From assembly GCA_903929735.1 (NCBI GenBank), contig CAIYVW010000043.1, forward strand, positions 1 to 49,606: a DNA stretch of 49,606 nucleotides, given 5' to 3'. This DNA is from an uncultured bacterium. GTDB taxonomy: Bacteria > Patescibacteriota > Minisyncoccia > Phycocordibacterales > UBA9973. How positions within the stretch are numbered: position 1 is the first letter of the stretch; each line of letters starts with the position of its first letter. Shown here one piece after another: positions 9,552 through 19,367 of the stretch. The position numbers and the translations under genes were made by a program. Under the pieces are notes generated by a model. The model saw nothing but the letters and a program-made list of their open reading frames with translations. It was not told where the DNA came from and did no database searches.

Positions 9552-9854
9552 ATGAAAAATATAGATGTTAATGTAAGATTTGTTATATTAGGAATTCTCG
9601 GTACAGTTAATATTTTTTTTAAAAGTATACTTTTAGGAATTATTTCTCTTTATCCAATAACGATTTTGGGTTTTTGGGCATTAAGCGGTTTATTAGGATC
9701 ATTCCCTAATTTTACAAGTATAAATCAAATGGAAGCTGGCCAAAATATTATTATCGTTTATTTCAAAAAGATTTTAACTATTTTTACTAAATTTATATTA
9801 GCAATGTTATCTTTTTCCTTGCCTTTTGTAATTTACTTATATTTAAAACCATGA
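9552..9854 (+). CDS. Hypothetical three-TM membrane protein
   Basis: Hydrophobic 100-aa ORF with no recognisable domain. Followed by the terminator at 9867..9897. Confidence 0.45.
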   Translation: MKNIDVNVRFVILGILGTVNIFFKSILLGIISLYPITILGFWALSGLLGSFPNFTSINQMEAGQNIIIVYFKKILTIFTKFILAMLSFSLPFVIYLYLKP

Positions 9855-9866
9855 AAATATGGTAAT

Positions 9867-9897
9867 AAAAATGCCTGAGTGTTACTCAGGCATTTTT
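9867..9897. terminator. Bidirectional intrinsic terminator between convergent genes
   Basis: AAAA-ATGCCTGAGT-GTT-ACTCAGGCAT-TTTT. Confidence 0.85.
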
Positions 9898-9913
9898 ATT
9901 AGAAACATATTTG

Positions 9914-11050
9914 TTATTTACTAGAAACTGATTCTTTTTCACTATCTAAGTGAACTAAAGTCATTCTCTGATCCTTTGGTTCGAATAATGTTACTTGGAA
10001 GTTATAAGTTTTACCTAGTTCCAAAGTCTTTTTTAGTTTCTCTTCAGATCCGAAGCTTGAATTGTGTACCAATCCAGCGACTCCTTGCTTGATAGAAACT
10101 AGAGCTCCATGCTTGTTGAATTTAATAACAACTCCAGAAACGATGTCTCCTTTCTTAAGTGTATTTTCAAATTCTTTCCATGGATTTTCTTTAAGAGCTT
10201 TAATTGATAGTGATATTTTACCATCTTTAATATCTATAATTTTAGCTTTTATTTTATCTCCAACTTTAAACATAGAGCGTGGGTCTTCTACTAGACCCCA
10301 GTCAATTTCTGATATATGAACAAGACCTTCAAGACCTTCTTCAACTTTAAGGAATACTCCGAAGTCTACTATTCCAGCAACTGTACATTCTATTTCATCT
10401 CCAACTCCATATTTACCGATAATTTCTCTTCTTTCTTCAGGGTTATTGTCTTTTTCTGAGAAAATTAGTTTACCTTCTTTGGGAAGAGCTGAAATCATAA
10501 CTACATTAATACGTTTACCAACAAGCATTTTCAAAGCTTTAAGAATTTTATCTTTGTCTGAATCTTCTACTCGTGGATAGTGTTCACTCTTAAGTTGTGA
10601 AGCAGGTAAAAATCCTGCAATACCTTGCCAGTCGAGAATTAGTCCTCCTTTATTTGCTTCTTTAACTGTAAGTTCAAGAGGAGATTTCGACTTGATCGCT
10701 TTGTCAGCTTCACTCCATATAAGAGCCTGTTTAGCTTCTTTAAGTGATAGTTCTATATATCCTTCTTCATTATCAGTAGAAACAACTTTAGCTTTAACAA
10801 CATCACCAATATTTATTTTCTTAATGATATCTTTAGCATTAATAAATTCACATCCATATATTATACCTGTTCCAAAAGGAGCTAGGTCTATATAAACCGA
10901 AGATTTCTGTATTGAAATTACAGGACCTTCTACTAGAGCATCAACTTGTGGTGGCAATTCTGCTTTATCAAGCATTTTACCTATACTTGAAAGTTCAATT
11001 TTTGCATGTTCTGCGATGCTTGAAACAACATCATTCTCTTCATTTTTCAT
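9914..11050 (-). CDS. rpsA: 30S ribosomal protein S1 (short, four S1 domains)
   Basis: Repeated S1/OB modules (GDVVKAKVVS, GDEIECTVAGIVDFGVFLKV..GLVHISE, GDKIKAKIIDI, GDIVSGVVIKFNKHGALVSI). Confidence 0.85.
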   Translation of the reverse strand: MKNEENDVVSSIAEHAKIELSSIGKMLDKAELPPQVDALVEGPVISIQKSSVYIDLAPFGTGIIYGCEFINAKDIIKKINIGDVVKAKVVSTDNEEGYIELSLKEAKQALIWSEADKAIKSKSPLELTVKEANKGGLILDWQGIAGFLPASQLKSEHYPRVEDSDKDKILKALKMLVGKRINVVMISALPKEGKLIFSEKDNNPEERREIIGKYGVGDEIECTVAGIVDFGVFLKVEEGLEGLVHISEIDWGLVEDPRSMFKVGDKIKAKIIDIKDGKISLSIKALKENPWKEFENTLKKGDIVSGVVIKFNKHGALVSIKQGVAGLVHNSSFGSEEKLKKTLELGKTYNFQVTLFEPKDQRMTLVHLDSEKESVSSK

Positions 11051-11086
11051 AATAATATTTTTTTCCAGATTTATATTACTGGAACT

Positions 11087-11107
11087 AAAAAAACCGCATT
11101 TTGCGGC
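11087..11107 (-). promoter_or_regulatory. Terminator-like hairpin plus U7 inside the rpsA 5' leader (possible attenuator)
   Basis: Minus strand reads (G)CCGCA-AAA-TGCGG-UUUUUUU, about 37 nt upstream of the rpsA ATG and downstream of the putative promoter at 11186..11214. Confidence 0.35.
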
Positions 11108-11185
11108 ACAGTTTGAATATCTTTATATCGTTTGGCTTCCAAATCGAAAAAAGGGTTAAATTCAAGCTGAACTGTTAATATTTGA

Positions 11186-11214
11186 ACTATACTATAAAAA
11201 TAAGCATACTGCAA
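11186..11214 (-). promoter_or_regulatory. Putative sigma-70-type promoter for rpsA
   Basis: Minus strand TTGCAG-N17-TATAGT. Confidence 0.4.
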
Positions 11215-11220
11215 GAGACC

Positions 11221-11243
11221 AGATAGAGGCTTCGCCTCTATCT
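11221..11243 (+). repeat. REP-like hairpin copy 1 (upstream of the RAYT gene)
   Basis: AGATAGAGGC-TTC-GCCTCTATCT, 10-bp stem. Confidence 0.85.
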
Positions 11244-11279
11244 ATTAATAAAGAATTTAAATTATAGTATAATAAGTTT

Positions 11280-11996
11280 ATGAGCACCAGAAGACAGCCT
11301 CTTATAACAGGAGAAATGTATCATGTTTACAATCGAGGAGTGGATAAGCGAGATATTTTTTCTGATATAAATGATCTTTATCGTTTTATAGAAAGTATTA
11401 AAGAATTTAATAGGGTAGGAAAAATAAATAGTCTTGCTAACTTAAGAAAATCTAAAAATCCTCAGATAGAGGCTTCGCCTCTATCTGAGGAGGAACATTT
11501 AGTGGAAATTATTGCTTATTGTTTTAATCCGAATCATTTTCATTTAATACTAAAACAGTCAAGAGATGGTGGTATAGCTGACTATATGAAAAAATTACAG
11601 GGAGGTTATACTTATTATTTTAATGTAAAAAATTCTAGATCTGGTTCATTATTTCAAGGAGTTTTCAAATCAAATTTAATAAGTAATGAAAATTATTTTA
11701 ATAAGTTGATTGGGTATGTCAATAAAAATTATTTAATTCATAGCATTCCAGAGAATAAAAATAATTTAATTTTTTCTGGAGATTATGAATATGAAAATAA
11801 TAAATTTAATATTATTTCTAAAAAAGAAGGTCAAAGAATTTTAGAGTTATTTGGAGGTGTAAATAAATTTAAAAAACATTGCGATGAAATAGTTTCTATA
11901 ATTAAGGAAGAAAGAGGGAAGAAATCTTTACTCGAAGATGAAGATTTAAATGTAATTATAGAAAGTCTTCCAGATAGAGGCGAAGCCTCTATCTGA
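11280..11996 (+). CDS. REP-associated tyrosine transposase (RAYT; Y1_Tnp / IS200-like)
   Basis: N-terminal YHVYNRG, HUH motif NPNHFHLIL, YTYYFNVKNSRSGSLFQGVFKS, catalytic-Tyr region LIGYVNKNY. Confidence 0.85.
   Translation: MSTRRQPLITGEMYHVYNRGVDKRDIFSDINDLYRFIESIKEFNRVGKINSLANLRKSKNPQIEASPLSEEEHLVEIIAYCFNPNHFHLILKQSRDGGIADYMKKLQGGYTYYFNVKNSRSGSLFQGVFKSNLISNENYFNKLIGYVNKNYLIHSIPENKNNLIFSGDYEYENNKFNIISKKEGQRILELFGGVNKFKKHCDEIVSIIKEERGKKSLLEDEDLNVIIESLPDRGEASI
11464..11486 (+). repeat. REP-like hairpin copy 2, embedded in-frame in the RAYT CDS
   Basis: Identical 23-mer, extended to CTCAGATAGAGGCTTCGCCTCTATCTGAG. Encodes PQIEASPLSE. Confidence 0.85.
11972..11994 (-). repeat. REP-like hairpin copy 3 (inverted), overlapping the RAYT stop codon
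   Basis: AGATAGAGGCGAAGCCTCTATCT is the reverse complement of copy 1. Encodes the C-terminal DRGEASI, and the TGA stop begins at its last base (11994). Confidence 0.85.
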
Positions 11997-12082
11997 TAAT
12001 TTTTAGGGAAAATGGTCTTTATATTGTGTTTAAGGCTATTTTTCTTTCTTTCTTTTTTATTATTATTTGATATAATATAAGT

Positions 12083-12709
12083 ATGATTATTACATATCTA
12101 GGTAAGCAGTTTTTTAAAATCGCACAAGGGAGTTTAGTTGTGGCGGTTAATCCCATAAGTAAAGATTCTAAATTGAGTTTAAAAGTAGCACGTTTTGGTT
12201 CTGATATAGCACTATCGACAACAAATCATCCTGATTATAATGGTTTAGATACAGTTTCTCATGGAGAAAGTGTACCTTTTGAAGTTAAGGGTCCAGGGGA
12301 TTATGAAATAAAAGGAATTTTTATTAAAGGTATAATGACGGAGTCTATTATCAATGAGAAAAAGTATATTAATACTATATATACTTTTTCTATAGATAAC
12401 ATTTCTATATGCTTTTTAGGTTGTATGTCTAATAATAAAATAAATGCAGAGACTCGAGGTGAGATTGGATCCCCTGATATTTTATTTGTTCCTATTGGTA
12501 ATCATGATTTACTGGATCCTTCTGAGGCCTATAAATTAGCAGTTTCTCTAGAACCTAAAATTATTATACCAATGGACTATGATGATAAAACTTTGAAAGC
12601 TTTTCTTAAAGAAGGAGGTCAAGATAAAGTAGAATCTATAGAAAAATTAACTATTAAAGCAAAAGATATTGTAGGTCGTGAAGGTGAAATAGTAGTATTA
12701 TCAATTTAG
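12083..12709 (+). CDS. MBL-fold (UPF0173-like) protein with degenerate metal-binding motifs
   Basis: Collinear with metallo-beta-lactamase-fold hydrolases (MIITYLGKQFFKI..., PDILFVPIGN..., IIIPMDY), but HxHxDH reads TTNHPDY. Confidence 0.65.
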   Translation: MIITYLGKQFFKIAQGSLVVAVNPISKDSKLSLKVARFGSDIALSTTNHPDYNGLDTVSHGESVPFEVKGPGDYEIKGIFIKGIMTESIINEKKYINTIYTFSIDNISICFLGCMSNNKINAETRGEIGSPDILFVPIGNHDLLDPSEAYKLAVSLEPKIIIPMDYDDKTLKAFLKEGGQDKVESIEKLTIKAKDIVGREGEIVVLSI

Positions 12710-12731
12710 TAGGGGTTTAATTAAAAAATTT

Positions 12732-13058
12732 ATGCATAATTATATAAAAAAAATACAATCAAAAACTGAAGAAACCCGAAAGCAAATTCTAGCAGGTGTT
12801 ATGATAGTCTCTATGTCTTTGGTTGGTTTTATTTGGGTTCATAGTTTAGGTACTCGTTTTGGTAGTCCTAAAATACAAGAACAAGCAAATGATAATGTTA
12901 AACCTTTTAAACTTTTTGGAAATTCGATATCAGAAACTTTTAGTAGTATAAGTGCTAGTGTAGGAAATGCTACTTCTAAAATTGATATAAAGAAGGAAGT
13001 CGTAGTTCCTAAGTCTGAAAAAATCATAAATTTAATACCAGTAGAAAGTACTAACTAA
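12732..13058 (+). CDS. Hypothetical membrane-anchored protein
   Basis: One TM ([18 protein letters not shown]) and no recognisable domain. Confidence 0.45.
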   Translation: MHNYIKKIQSKTEETRKQILAGVMIVSMSLVGFIWVHSLGTRFGSPKIQEQANDNVKPFKLFGNSISETFSSISASVGNATSKIDIKKEVVVPKSEKIINLIPVESTN

Positions 13059-13063
13059 TAATT

Positions 13064-15517
13064 ATGCCTAAAGAAAAAGAAGAAGAAATAAAAAAGGAAC
13101 ACGTGAATGTTGTCTCAGTAGATATAAGTAGAGAGATGAAAGAATGTTTTATAGACTATGCGATGTCTGTTATTACTGATCGTGCTTTGCCTGATGTTCG
13201 AGATGGACTAAAGCCAGTTCATAGACGTATTCTTTATGCTATGAATGAAATGGGTCTTACTTCTTCGTCTCGTTTTCGTAAAAGTGCAGCCGTGGTTGGA
13301 GATGTTTTGGGAAAATATCATCCTCATGGAGATGTAGCTGTTTATGACACAATGGTGGGAATGGCTCAAGATTTTTCTTATAGATATCCACTTGTTCATG
13401 GTCAGGGTAACTTTGGTTCTATCGATGGAGATGGAGCAGCTGCTATGCGTTACACAGAAGCTAAAATGTCTAAAATTTCATCTCTTTTACTTCTTGATTT
13501 AGAAAAAGAGACCGTAGACTTCCGACCAAACTATGATCAAACTCGTAAAGAGCCTATAGTTTTACCAACTGCCGTCCCTAGCTTACTTTTGAATGGAACA
13601 TTAGGTATTGCGGTTGGTATGGCTACAAATATCCCTCCTCATAATTTGTCAGAGGTTATAGATGCAACAGTTCATCTTATAGAAAATAAAGATGCAACTA
13701 CTGAAGATCTTATGCAATTCGTAAAAGGTCCTGACTTTCCTACAGGAGGAGTCGCTTATAATCAAGCTGATCTTCTTCATGCTTATTCTACTGGACGAGG
13801 TGGTGTTGTCACTCGTGGTGAAGCTGAAATAGTAGAACAAAAGTCTGGTACTTTCCAGATAATTATTACATCCATACCCTATAGAGTAAATAAATCAAAT
13901 TTAATAGAGTCAATTGCTCTTTTGGTCCAAGAAAAGAAGCTTGAAGGAGTTAAAGGTCTAAGAGATGAATCTACCAAAGACATACGTATAGCCATAGACT
14001 TGAAAGGAGGAATTATACCAGAAAAAGTTTTAAACTATATCTATAAACACACACAGCTAGAACAATCATTTAATTTTAATATAGTGGCTTTAGTTGACGG
14101 AGTTCCTCAGACTTTATCACTAAAGAGTTTGCTTTCAGAGTTTATAGATCATAGAGTAATAATAGTTCGAAGACGTACAGAATTTGATTTAAGAAAAGCA
14201 AAAGAGAGAGAACATATACTTCTAGGTTTGAAAAAAGCACTTGATCATATAGATCTTGTAATTTCTGTTATACGAGCCTCTAAGGATACAGCTACAGCTA
14301 AAGTTAACTTAATGAAAGAGTTTAAATTTTCAGATCTTCAAGCTACTGCTATTCTCGAAATGAAGTTACAGAAACTTGCAGGTTTAGAGAGAAAGAATGT
14401 AGAACTTGAATTGAAAGAAAAACAAGAATTAATTAAAGAGCTAGAAGCTTTGCTTGCAAGTCCAAAGAAGATGCTTAAAGTTATAAGTGATGAATTAAAA
14501 GATATAAAAGAAAAATATGCAGACGATAGAAGAACTCGTATTGTAAAAGGAGGGGTTAAATCTATAAATGAAGAAGATCTTATTCCTGAAAAGGAGTCAG
14601 TCTTGGTCTTTACTAAGGGTGGATATGTTAAACGTACAGATCCAAGTGAGTATAAGAATCAGAAACGTGGAGGTGTCGGAGTTATAGATATTGAAACCAA
14701 AGATGAAGACTTTGTAACTATGCTTGTCTCAGCTAATACTCATAGTGATTTACTATTCTTTACTAATAAAGGTAAGGCTTACCAAATAAAAATGTATGAC
14801 ATACCAGAAGGAAGACGAGCAACTAAAGGTAAATCTATTATGAATTTTATGTCCCTAGAAGGAGATGAAAAAGTGACTTCAATATTACCAATCGATAAAG
14901 AAACAAAGAAAAATGTAGAGCATTTAATGATGGTAACTAAGATGGGTATCACTAAGAAGGTTTCAGCTGAGAGTTTCAAAGATGTAAGAAGAAGTGGTCT
15001 TATAGCAATTCGGTTAGATAAAGATGATGAACTTGAAGCCGTATTAGCTGTGGTGAAAGGTGATGATATAATGCTTGCTACTACCTTAGGTCAGTCTATA
15101 AGATTTAAAGAAAATGATGTTCGTGAAATGGGTAGATCAGCTGGAGGAGTAAGAGCTATGAAATTATCAAAAGGAGATTTCATAATAGGAGTTGATAGAA
15201 TACCTAAAGGGGAAACAGCATTAGCTTTACTTACTTTGTCTTCAAACGGCTTGGGTAAGAAAACAAATATCAAAGAATACAAAACACAGAAGCGTAGTGG
15301 TTCAGGTATTAAAACTGCAAAAGTAACTCCAAAGACTGGTAAATTAATTGTCGCTAAAATAGTCGGAGAAGAGAATGAAATAATTGCAGTATCTCAAAAA
15401 GGACAAGTTATTCGAGTAGATCTAAAGTCTATTCCTACTTCGGGACGTCAAACTCAAGGAGTGACAATAATGAAATTGCATTCAGGAGACAGTATTGCTT
15501 CTATCACATGTTTATAA
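13064..15517 (+). CDS. gyrA: DNA gyrase subunit A
   Basis: [14 protein letters not shown], active-site region [15 protein letters not shown]-like [12 protein letters not shown]-terminal beta-pinwheel repeats. Confidence 0.97.
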   Translation: MPKEKEEEIKKEHVNVVSVDISREMKECFIDYAMSVITDRALPDVRDGLKPVHRRILYAMNEMGLTSSSRFRKSAAVVGDVLGKYHPHGDVAVYDTMVGMAQDFSYRYPLVHGQGNFGSIDGDGAAAMRYTEAKMSKISSLLLLDLEKETVDFRPNYDQTRKEPIVLPTAVPSLLLNGTLGIAVGMATNIPPHNLSEVIDATVHLIENKDATTEDLMQFVKGPDFPTGGVAYNQADLLHAYSTGRGGVVTRGEAEIVEQKSGTFQIIITSIPYRVNKSNLIESIALLVQEKKLEGVKGLRDESTKDIRIAIDLKGGIIPEKVLNYIYKHTQLEQSFNFNIVALVDGVPQTLSLKSLLSEFIDHRVIIVRRRTEFDLRKAKEREHILLGLKKALDHIDLVISVIRASKDTATAKVNLMKEFKFSDLQATAILEMKLQKLAGLERKNVELELKEKQELIKELEALLASPKKMLKVISDELKDIKEKYADDRRTRIVKGGVKSINEEDLIPEKESVLVFTKGGYVKRTDPSEYKNQKRGGVGVIDIETKDEDFVTMLVSANTHSDLLFFTNKGKAYQIKMYDIPEGRRATKGKSIMNFMSLEGDEKVTSILPIDKETKKNVEHLMMVTKMGITKKVSAESFKDVRRSGLIAIRLDKDDELEAVLAVVKGDDIMLATTLGQSIRFKENDVREMGRSAGGVRAMKLSKGDFIIGVDRIPKGETALALLTLSSNGLGKKTNIKEYKTQKRSGSGIKTAKVTPKTGKLIVAKIVGEENEIIAVSQKGQVIRVDLKSIPTSGRQTQGVTIMKLHSGDSIASITCL

Positions 15518-15535
15518 ATATGATATAATAATTAT

Positions 15536-16063
15536 ATGTTTTCAAACCCAGAACAAAATATTCTACAATTAGGATTAAGGGAAGGTATGAAAGTGGCAGA
15601 CTTTGGTGCTGGGAATGGCGCTTATTCTTTGGCAGCTAGTAAGAGAGTAGGACATACAGGTCATGTTTATGCTATTGAAGTTCAAAAGGATCTTGTCCGT
15701 AAATTAGAAAGTGAAATAAAAGAATTACATATTTCAAATATAGAATGCATATGGGGTAATATAGAAAAAATGCATGGATCTAAGATCGCAGATTCTTCTA
15801 TGGATATGATTATAATTTCTAATGTTTTATTTCAAGCTGAAGATAAAATTGGTCTAATCGATGAAGCTAAAAGAATTCTCAAAAAAGGAGGTAAAGTTCT
15901 TGTTATTGATTGGTTAGTTTCTTCTGACGGTGTCGGTCCAGCCCAGTCTCAGTCTATCAAGGAAGAAGTTTTAAATAATTTATTTTTAAAAAGAGGCTAT
16001 AAATTTTTAGAAAAAATTTCTACAAGCAGTCATCATTATGGTATAATTTTTACACATGAATAA
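15536..16063 (+). CDS. Class I SAM-dependent methyltransferase
   Basis: Motif I VADFGAGNGAYS and post-I/II spacing (IISNVLFQ). Overlaps the next gene by 8 nt. Confidence 0.75.
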   Translation: MFSNPEQNILQLGLREGMKVADFGAGNGAYSLAASKRVGHTGHVYAIEVQKDLVRKLESEIKELHISNIECIWGNIEKMHGSKIADSSMDMIIISNVLFQAEDKIGLIDEAKRILKKGGKVLVIDWLVSSDGVGPAQSQSIKEEVLNNLFLKRGYKFLEKISTSSHHYGIIFTHE

Positions 16064-17363
16064 TTTTCAAACAATTCTCATCGCATCATTTTTAGCATTT
16101 TTTATTTTTGGAGTATTAATATTCTCAGGTCTTATAAATATCGGTAATAGTGGTAAGTCTACTATCGCAGGTAAAGTAACTATATGGGGTACTATACCTT
16201 ATGATCAAGCAGGAGAGTTATTTAAAGATATGGGTGGATCAAATGGCTCTGTAACTATAGATTACACAGAGCAAGATAAAACAACCTACCAGCAAAATCT
16301 CATAGAAGCTTTTGCTAAAGACCAAGGCCCTGATTTGTTTATACTAACTCCAGATATGCTTCTAAAGAATAAAACTTTTATTAGTGAGATACCATATGCT
16401 AGTTATTCACAAAGTTTATTTAAAACCAATTACATAGATGGAGCAGATATTCTTCTAGATACAGATGGATTTATGGGATACCCTTTATTAGTGGATCCTA
16501 TAGTTCTTTATTATAATAAGAATATTCTAGCAAATAATTCTGTCCTTTATCCACCCTCTACTTGGGATGATTTAATAAATCTAAGTACTACTCTTATTAA
16601 AAGAGATCCAGATGGAACTTTATCTCAGAAAATGATAGGACTAGGTGAGTATGATAATGTGAATCATTCTAAAGATTTACTTTCTTTAATTTTGATTCAA
16701 AGTGGTAATCCTATGGTGACTACGACAGATAAAGGCTATCGTATGACACTGAAAGATGATGCTCCTGATAAAACATATCCATTTGAACAAGTCATTAATT
16801 TCTTTTTAGGTTTTTCAAATCCATCGAAAGATTCATATACTTGGGATAGATCTATGCCTAATTCTTTTGATGTGTTCACTTCGAATAAGCTTGCTTTCTA
16901 TTTAGGATATTCAAGTGAGTTATTTAAAATAAAGTCTATGAATCCAAATATGAGTTTTGATGTCACTTCTGTTCCTCAGCCAAAAGGCACGGATACACTA
17001 AGAACTTATGGTAATATATATACTCTCGTTGCAAATAAAAAATCAAAGAATTTAAATTCTGCTTTTGGGGTAGCATCTTTAATAACAGATCCTGCTAATC
17101 TTAAAGAGCTAGGAATCAGAGCATCTTTACCTACAGCATCAAGAGCCTTACTTTCAGTTAAGCCTTCTGATCCCTATCTTCTAACATTTTTTAATTCGGC
17201 AATTATTTCTCATTCATGGTTAGATCCAGACAGGGAACAGACGGATTCTATTTTTAGAAACTTGATAGAGAATTCACTATCGAATAAGTTATCAGTTGTA
17301 GATGCAATAGATAAAGCATCAGGTCAAATGGATTTAATAATTAAAAATTATAATAAAAAATAA
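16056..17363 (+). CDS. Extracellular solute-binding protein (family 1, sugar-type), TM-anchored, with no cognate permease nearby
   Basis: N-terminal TM anchor. SBP_bac_1-like segments (GPDLFILTPDML, MGYPLLVDPIVLYYNKNIL, PPSTWDDLINLS). Confidence 0.7.
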   Translation: MNNFQTILIASFLAFFIFGVLIFSGLINIGNSGKSTIAGKVTIWGTIPYDQAGELFKDMGGSNGSVTIDYTEQDKTTYQQNLIEAFAKDQGPDLFILTPDMLLKNKTFISEIPYASYSQSLFKTNYIDGADILLDTDGFMGYPLLVDPIVLYYNKNILANNSVLYPPSTWDDLINLSTTLIKRDPDGTLSQKMIGLGEYDNVNHSKDLLSLILIQSGNPMVTTTDKGYRMTLKDDAPDKTYPFEQVINFFLGFSNPSKDSYTWDRSMPNSFDVFTSNKLAFYLGYSSELFKIKSMNPNMSFDVTSVPQPKGTDTLRTYGNIYTLVANKKSKNLNSAFGVASLITDPANLKELGIRASLPTASRALLSVKPSDPYLLTFFNSAIISHSWLDPDREQTDSIFRNLIENSLSNKLSVVDAIDKASGQMDLIIKNYNKK

Positions 17364-17365
17364 TT

Positions 17366-18460
17366 ATGAATAAAAAACTTTTCGGTATTATATTTTCTTT
17401 TGTTTTAATTTTTACTATATTTCCTTTAATTATTAATAGAAATACAAATATAGTTAGTGCTGCAACATCTGGAACTTTATCTTTTAGTAGTCTTACTTCT
17501 ACTGGTGTTACTTTATCTATATCTGGAGCTTCTCCTTCTCAAGATATAACTATCTATATTTTTAATGATCCAAATTTAAGTCCTACTCCTTCTTTTTCTG
17601 TTAATGCAAGTGTAACAACAGATGATTTTGGAAATGCTAGTGCTAATTTTGTTTTACTATCTGCTAAAAGCTATGTAGCCTCTACAAGTTTAATGTCTGC
17701 AATTCCATCAATTTCTTTTAGTACTCCTCCAGGTACTAATTCTAACCCCCCTCCTACTTCTTCTTTAGAAATTCAGTTAAAATCTGGAACATTAACTTCA
17801 AATTCTGTAACAGTAGAGGCACTAGGAACAGTAGCAAATACTTCCTACCGATTTAGTATATACGATACAGCTAACTATCCTTCTGGATCACCATTGGCTA
17901 CTAGTTTAGTTACATCTAGTCCTTTTGAAGCTAGTTTTTCTACAGGGTTATTACCAAATCAAACATATGTTGCAACTTTAGCTCCATCAACTGATCCTAC
18001 TTCTGTTGTTGTTTATACTTTTACTACTTTAACTTCTAATGCTAATGCTAATGGTAATGGTAATACAGGTACAAATACAGTTTCAAATACAGGTACGAAT
18101 ACAGCCACTTTCACTTCTTCTTCTGGTAATGGTATAATCCCTGCTTGTAATGTAGGGCCTATTGTAGCTAGTACCGGGATGTATGCAAATCCATGTGATT
18201 TTAACTTCTTTATACAGCTTATAAACAATATAATTAAATTCTTATTGTTTGTTATAGCTACACCTTTAGTGGCATTGATTATAATGTATACAGGATATTT
18301 ATACTTAACTTCTGGTGGTAGCAATCAGACAGAAAAAGCCAAGCATATACTTTTCAATGTAGTAGTCGGTTATGTTATAGCTCTAGCTGCATGGTTAATT
18401 ATAAATGCTATTATTACATCATTAAACTTAGATCCTACAATTAACACTTTCTTAAAATAA
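17366..18460 (+). CDS. Large surface protein: signal peptide, two Ser/Thr-rich Ig/FN3-like repeats, N/G/T linker, then a VirB2/T4SS-pilin-like two-TM C-terminal domain
   Basis: C-terminus is C..C-FLLFVIATPLVALIIMYTGYLYLTSGGSNQTEKAKHILFNVVVGYVIALAAWLIINAI, the same hairpin architecture as the four downstream genes. Confidence 0.6.
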   Translation: MNKKLFGIIFSFVLIFTIFPLIINRNTNIVSAATSGTLSFSSLTSTGVTLSISGASPSQDITIYIFNDPNLSPTPSFSVNASVTTDDFGNASANFVLLSAKSYVASTSLMSAIPSISFSTPPGTNSNPPPTSSLEIQLKSGTLTSNSVTVEALGTVANTSYRFSIYDTANYPSGSPLATSLVTSSPFEASFSTGLLPNQTYVATLAPSTDPTSVVVYTFTTLTSNANANGNGNTGTNTVSNTGTNTATFTSSSGNGIIPACNVGPIVASTGMYANPCDFNFFIQLINNIIKFLLFVIATPLVALIIMYTGYLYLTSGGSNQTEKAKHILFNVVVGYVIALAAWLIINAIITSLNLDPTINTFLK

Positions 18461-18481
18461 TTTTTATTAATAATATTATAT

Positions 18482-18949
18482 ATGAAAACATCAATACAAA
18501 AAATGAATTTAGTTATGCAAAGTATTTCAAAATATAGTTTTATATTAATAATGATTTTATCATTATTAATACCAGTAGTATTTATTAGAGCTGCTGGTAC
18601 GGGGACTTCTACTGAATCAGGATTTAACACAGGTACTGGAACTTCTACAGGATCAGGATTAACAATTAATTCTAAAATAGAAAATCCACTACCAAACGGT
18701 CCACAAACTATTCCTGAGTTTATCAAAAAGATTATCGAAATAGTTCTTGTTGTGGGAGTTCCTTTACTTGTTTTAGCTTTTATCTATGCTGGTTTCCTTT
18801 TTGTAAAAGCACAAGGGAATTCAGGAGAAATAGAAGTAGCCAAACGAACTTTTGTATATACGATTATAGGAGGAGCTCTACTGTTAGGAGCCTTTGTTAT
18901 AGCAGATGCAATAGGTCAAACAGTTAAAGATATCGGTAATGGTGTGTAA
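18482..18949 (+). CDS. VirB2/TrbC-like (T4SS-pilin-type) protein, paralogue 2
   Basis: Signal/TM, a GTGTSTESG repeat linker, then IVLVVGVPLLVLAFIYAGFLFVKAQGNSGEIEVAKRTFVYTIIGGALLLGAFVIADAI. Confidence 0.6.
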   Translation: MKTSIQKMNLVMQSISKYSFILIMILSLLIPVVFIRAAGTGTSTESGFNTGTGTSTGSGLTINSKIENPLPNGPQTIPEFIKKIIEIVLVVGVPLLVLAFIYAGFLFVKAQGNSGEIEVAKRTFVYTIIGGALLLGAFVIADAIGQTVKDIGNGV

Positions 18950-19010
18950 TTAAAGATTTCCAGATTGATAAAATGGTCGAAGGTATTAAAAATAAAACAT
19001 AATTTACAAA

Positions 19011-19367
19011 ATGATAAATAATATAATTATACGCACAGCAGAAGCAGCAGGAAACTTACCAGGGACAAATATTTCTTGTGATGGAGGTATAAAAAGTCTG
19101 ACTGATTTGATAAACTATTTTACTTGTACTCTGATGAATGCTGTTGCTCCTATGCTTGTTTCTCTTGCTGTTGTTTCTTTTGTTTATGGAATTATTCAGT
19201 ATTTCTTGTATCCTGATAATGAAGAGAAACGTAAAGCGGGTAAGCAATTTATGTTTTGGGGAATTGTAACTTTGTTTGTGATGGTAAGTATATGGGGGCT
19301 TGTCGGTATTCTATCGAATACATTTTTGAATGGTAAACCAGTAATGCCTTTCCTTCCGCAAGCATAA
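19011..19367 (+). CDS. VirB2/TrbC-like (T4SS-pilin-type) protein, paralogue 3
   Basis: Cys pair, then APMLVSLAVVSFVYGIIQYFLYPDNEEKRKAGKQFMFWGIVTLFVMVSIWGLVGIL. Confidence 0.6.
   Translation: MINNIIIRTAEAAGNLPGTNISCDGGIKSLTDLINYFTCTLMNAVAPMLVSLAVVSFVYGIIQYFLYPDNEEKRKAGKQFMFWGIVTLFVMVSIWGLVGILSNTFLNGKPVMPFLPQA

Larger units (their letters stand above)
11221..11994 (+). mobile_element. RAYT unit: IS200/IS605-type Y1 transposase gene bounded by inverted REP-like hairpins
   Basis: The 23-nt hairpin AGATAGAGGCTTCGCCTCTATCT lies at 11221..11243. Its exact reverse complement (loop GAAG) lies at 11972..11994. A third copy sits inside the CDS. Confidence 0.75.

Noticed and set aside
12700-13100. Replication origin near gyrA (DnaA-box cluster)
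   Set aside because: I saw no cluster of TTATCCACA-like boxes or AT-rich unwinding repeats beyond background. dnaA and dnaN are not in the window.
17990-18130. Tandem nucleotide repeat (AATGCTAATGCTAATGGTAATGGTAAT / ACAGGTAC.AATACAG) as a possible phase-variation tract
   Set aside because: It encodes the N/G/T low-complexity linker of the large pilin-fusion protein. The repeats are short and imperfect and their units are multiples of 3, so length changes would not switch the frame.
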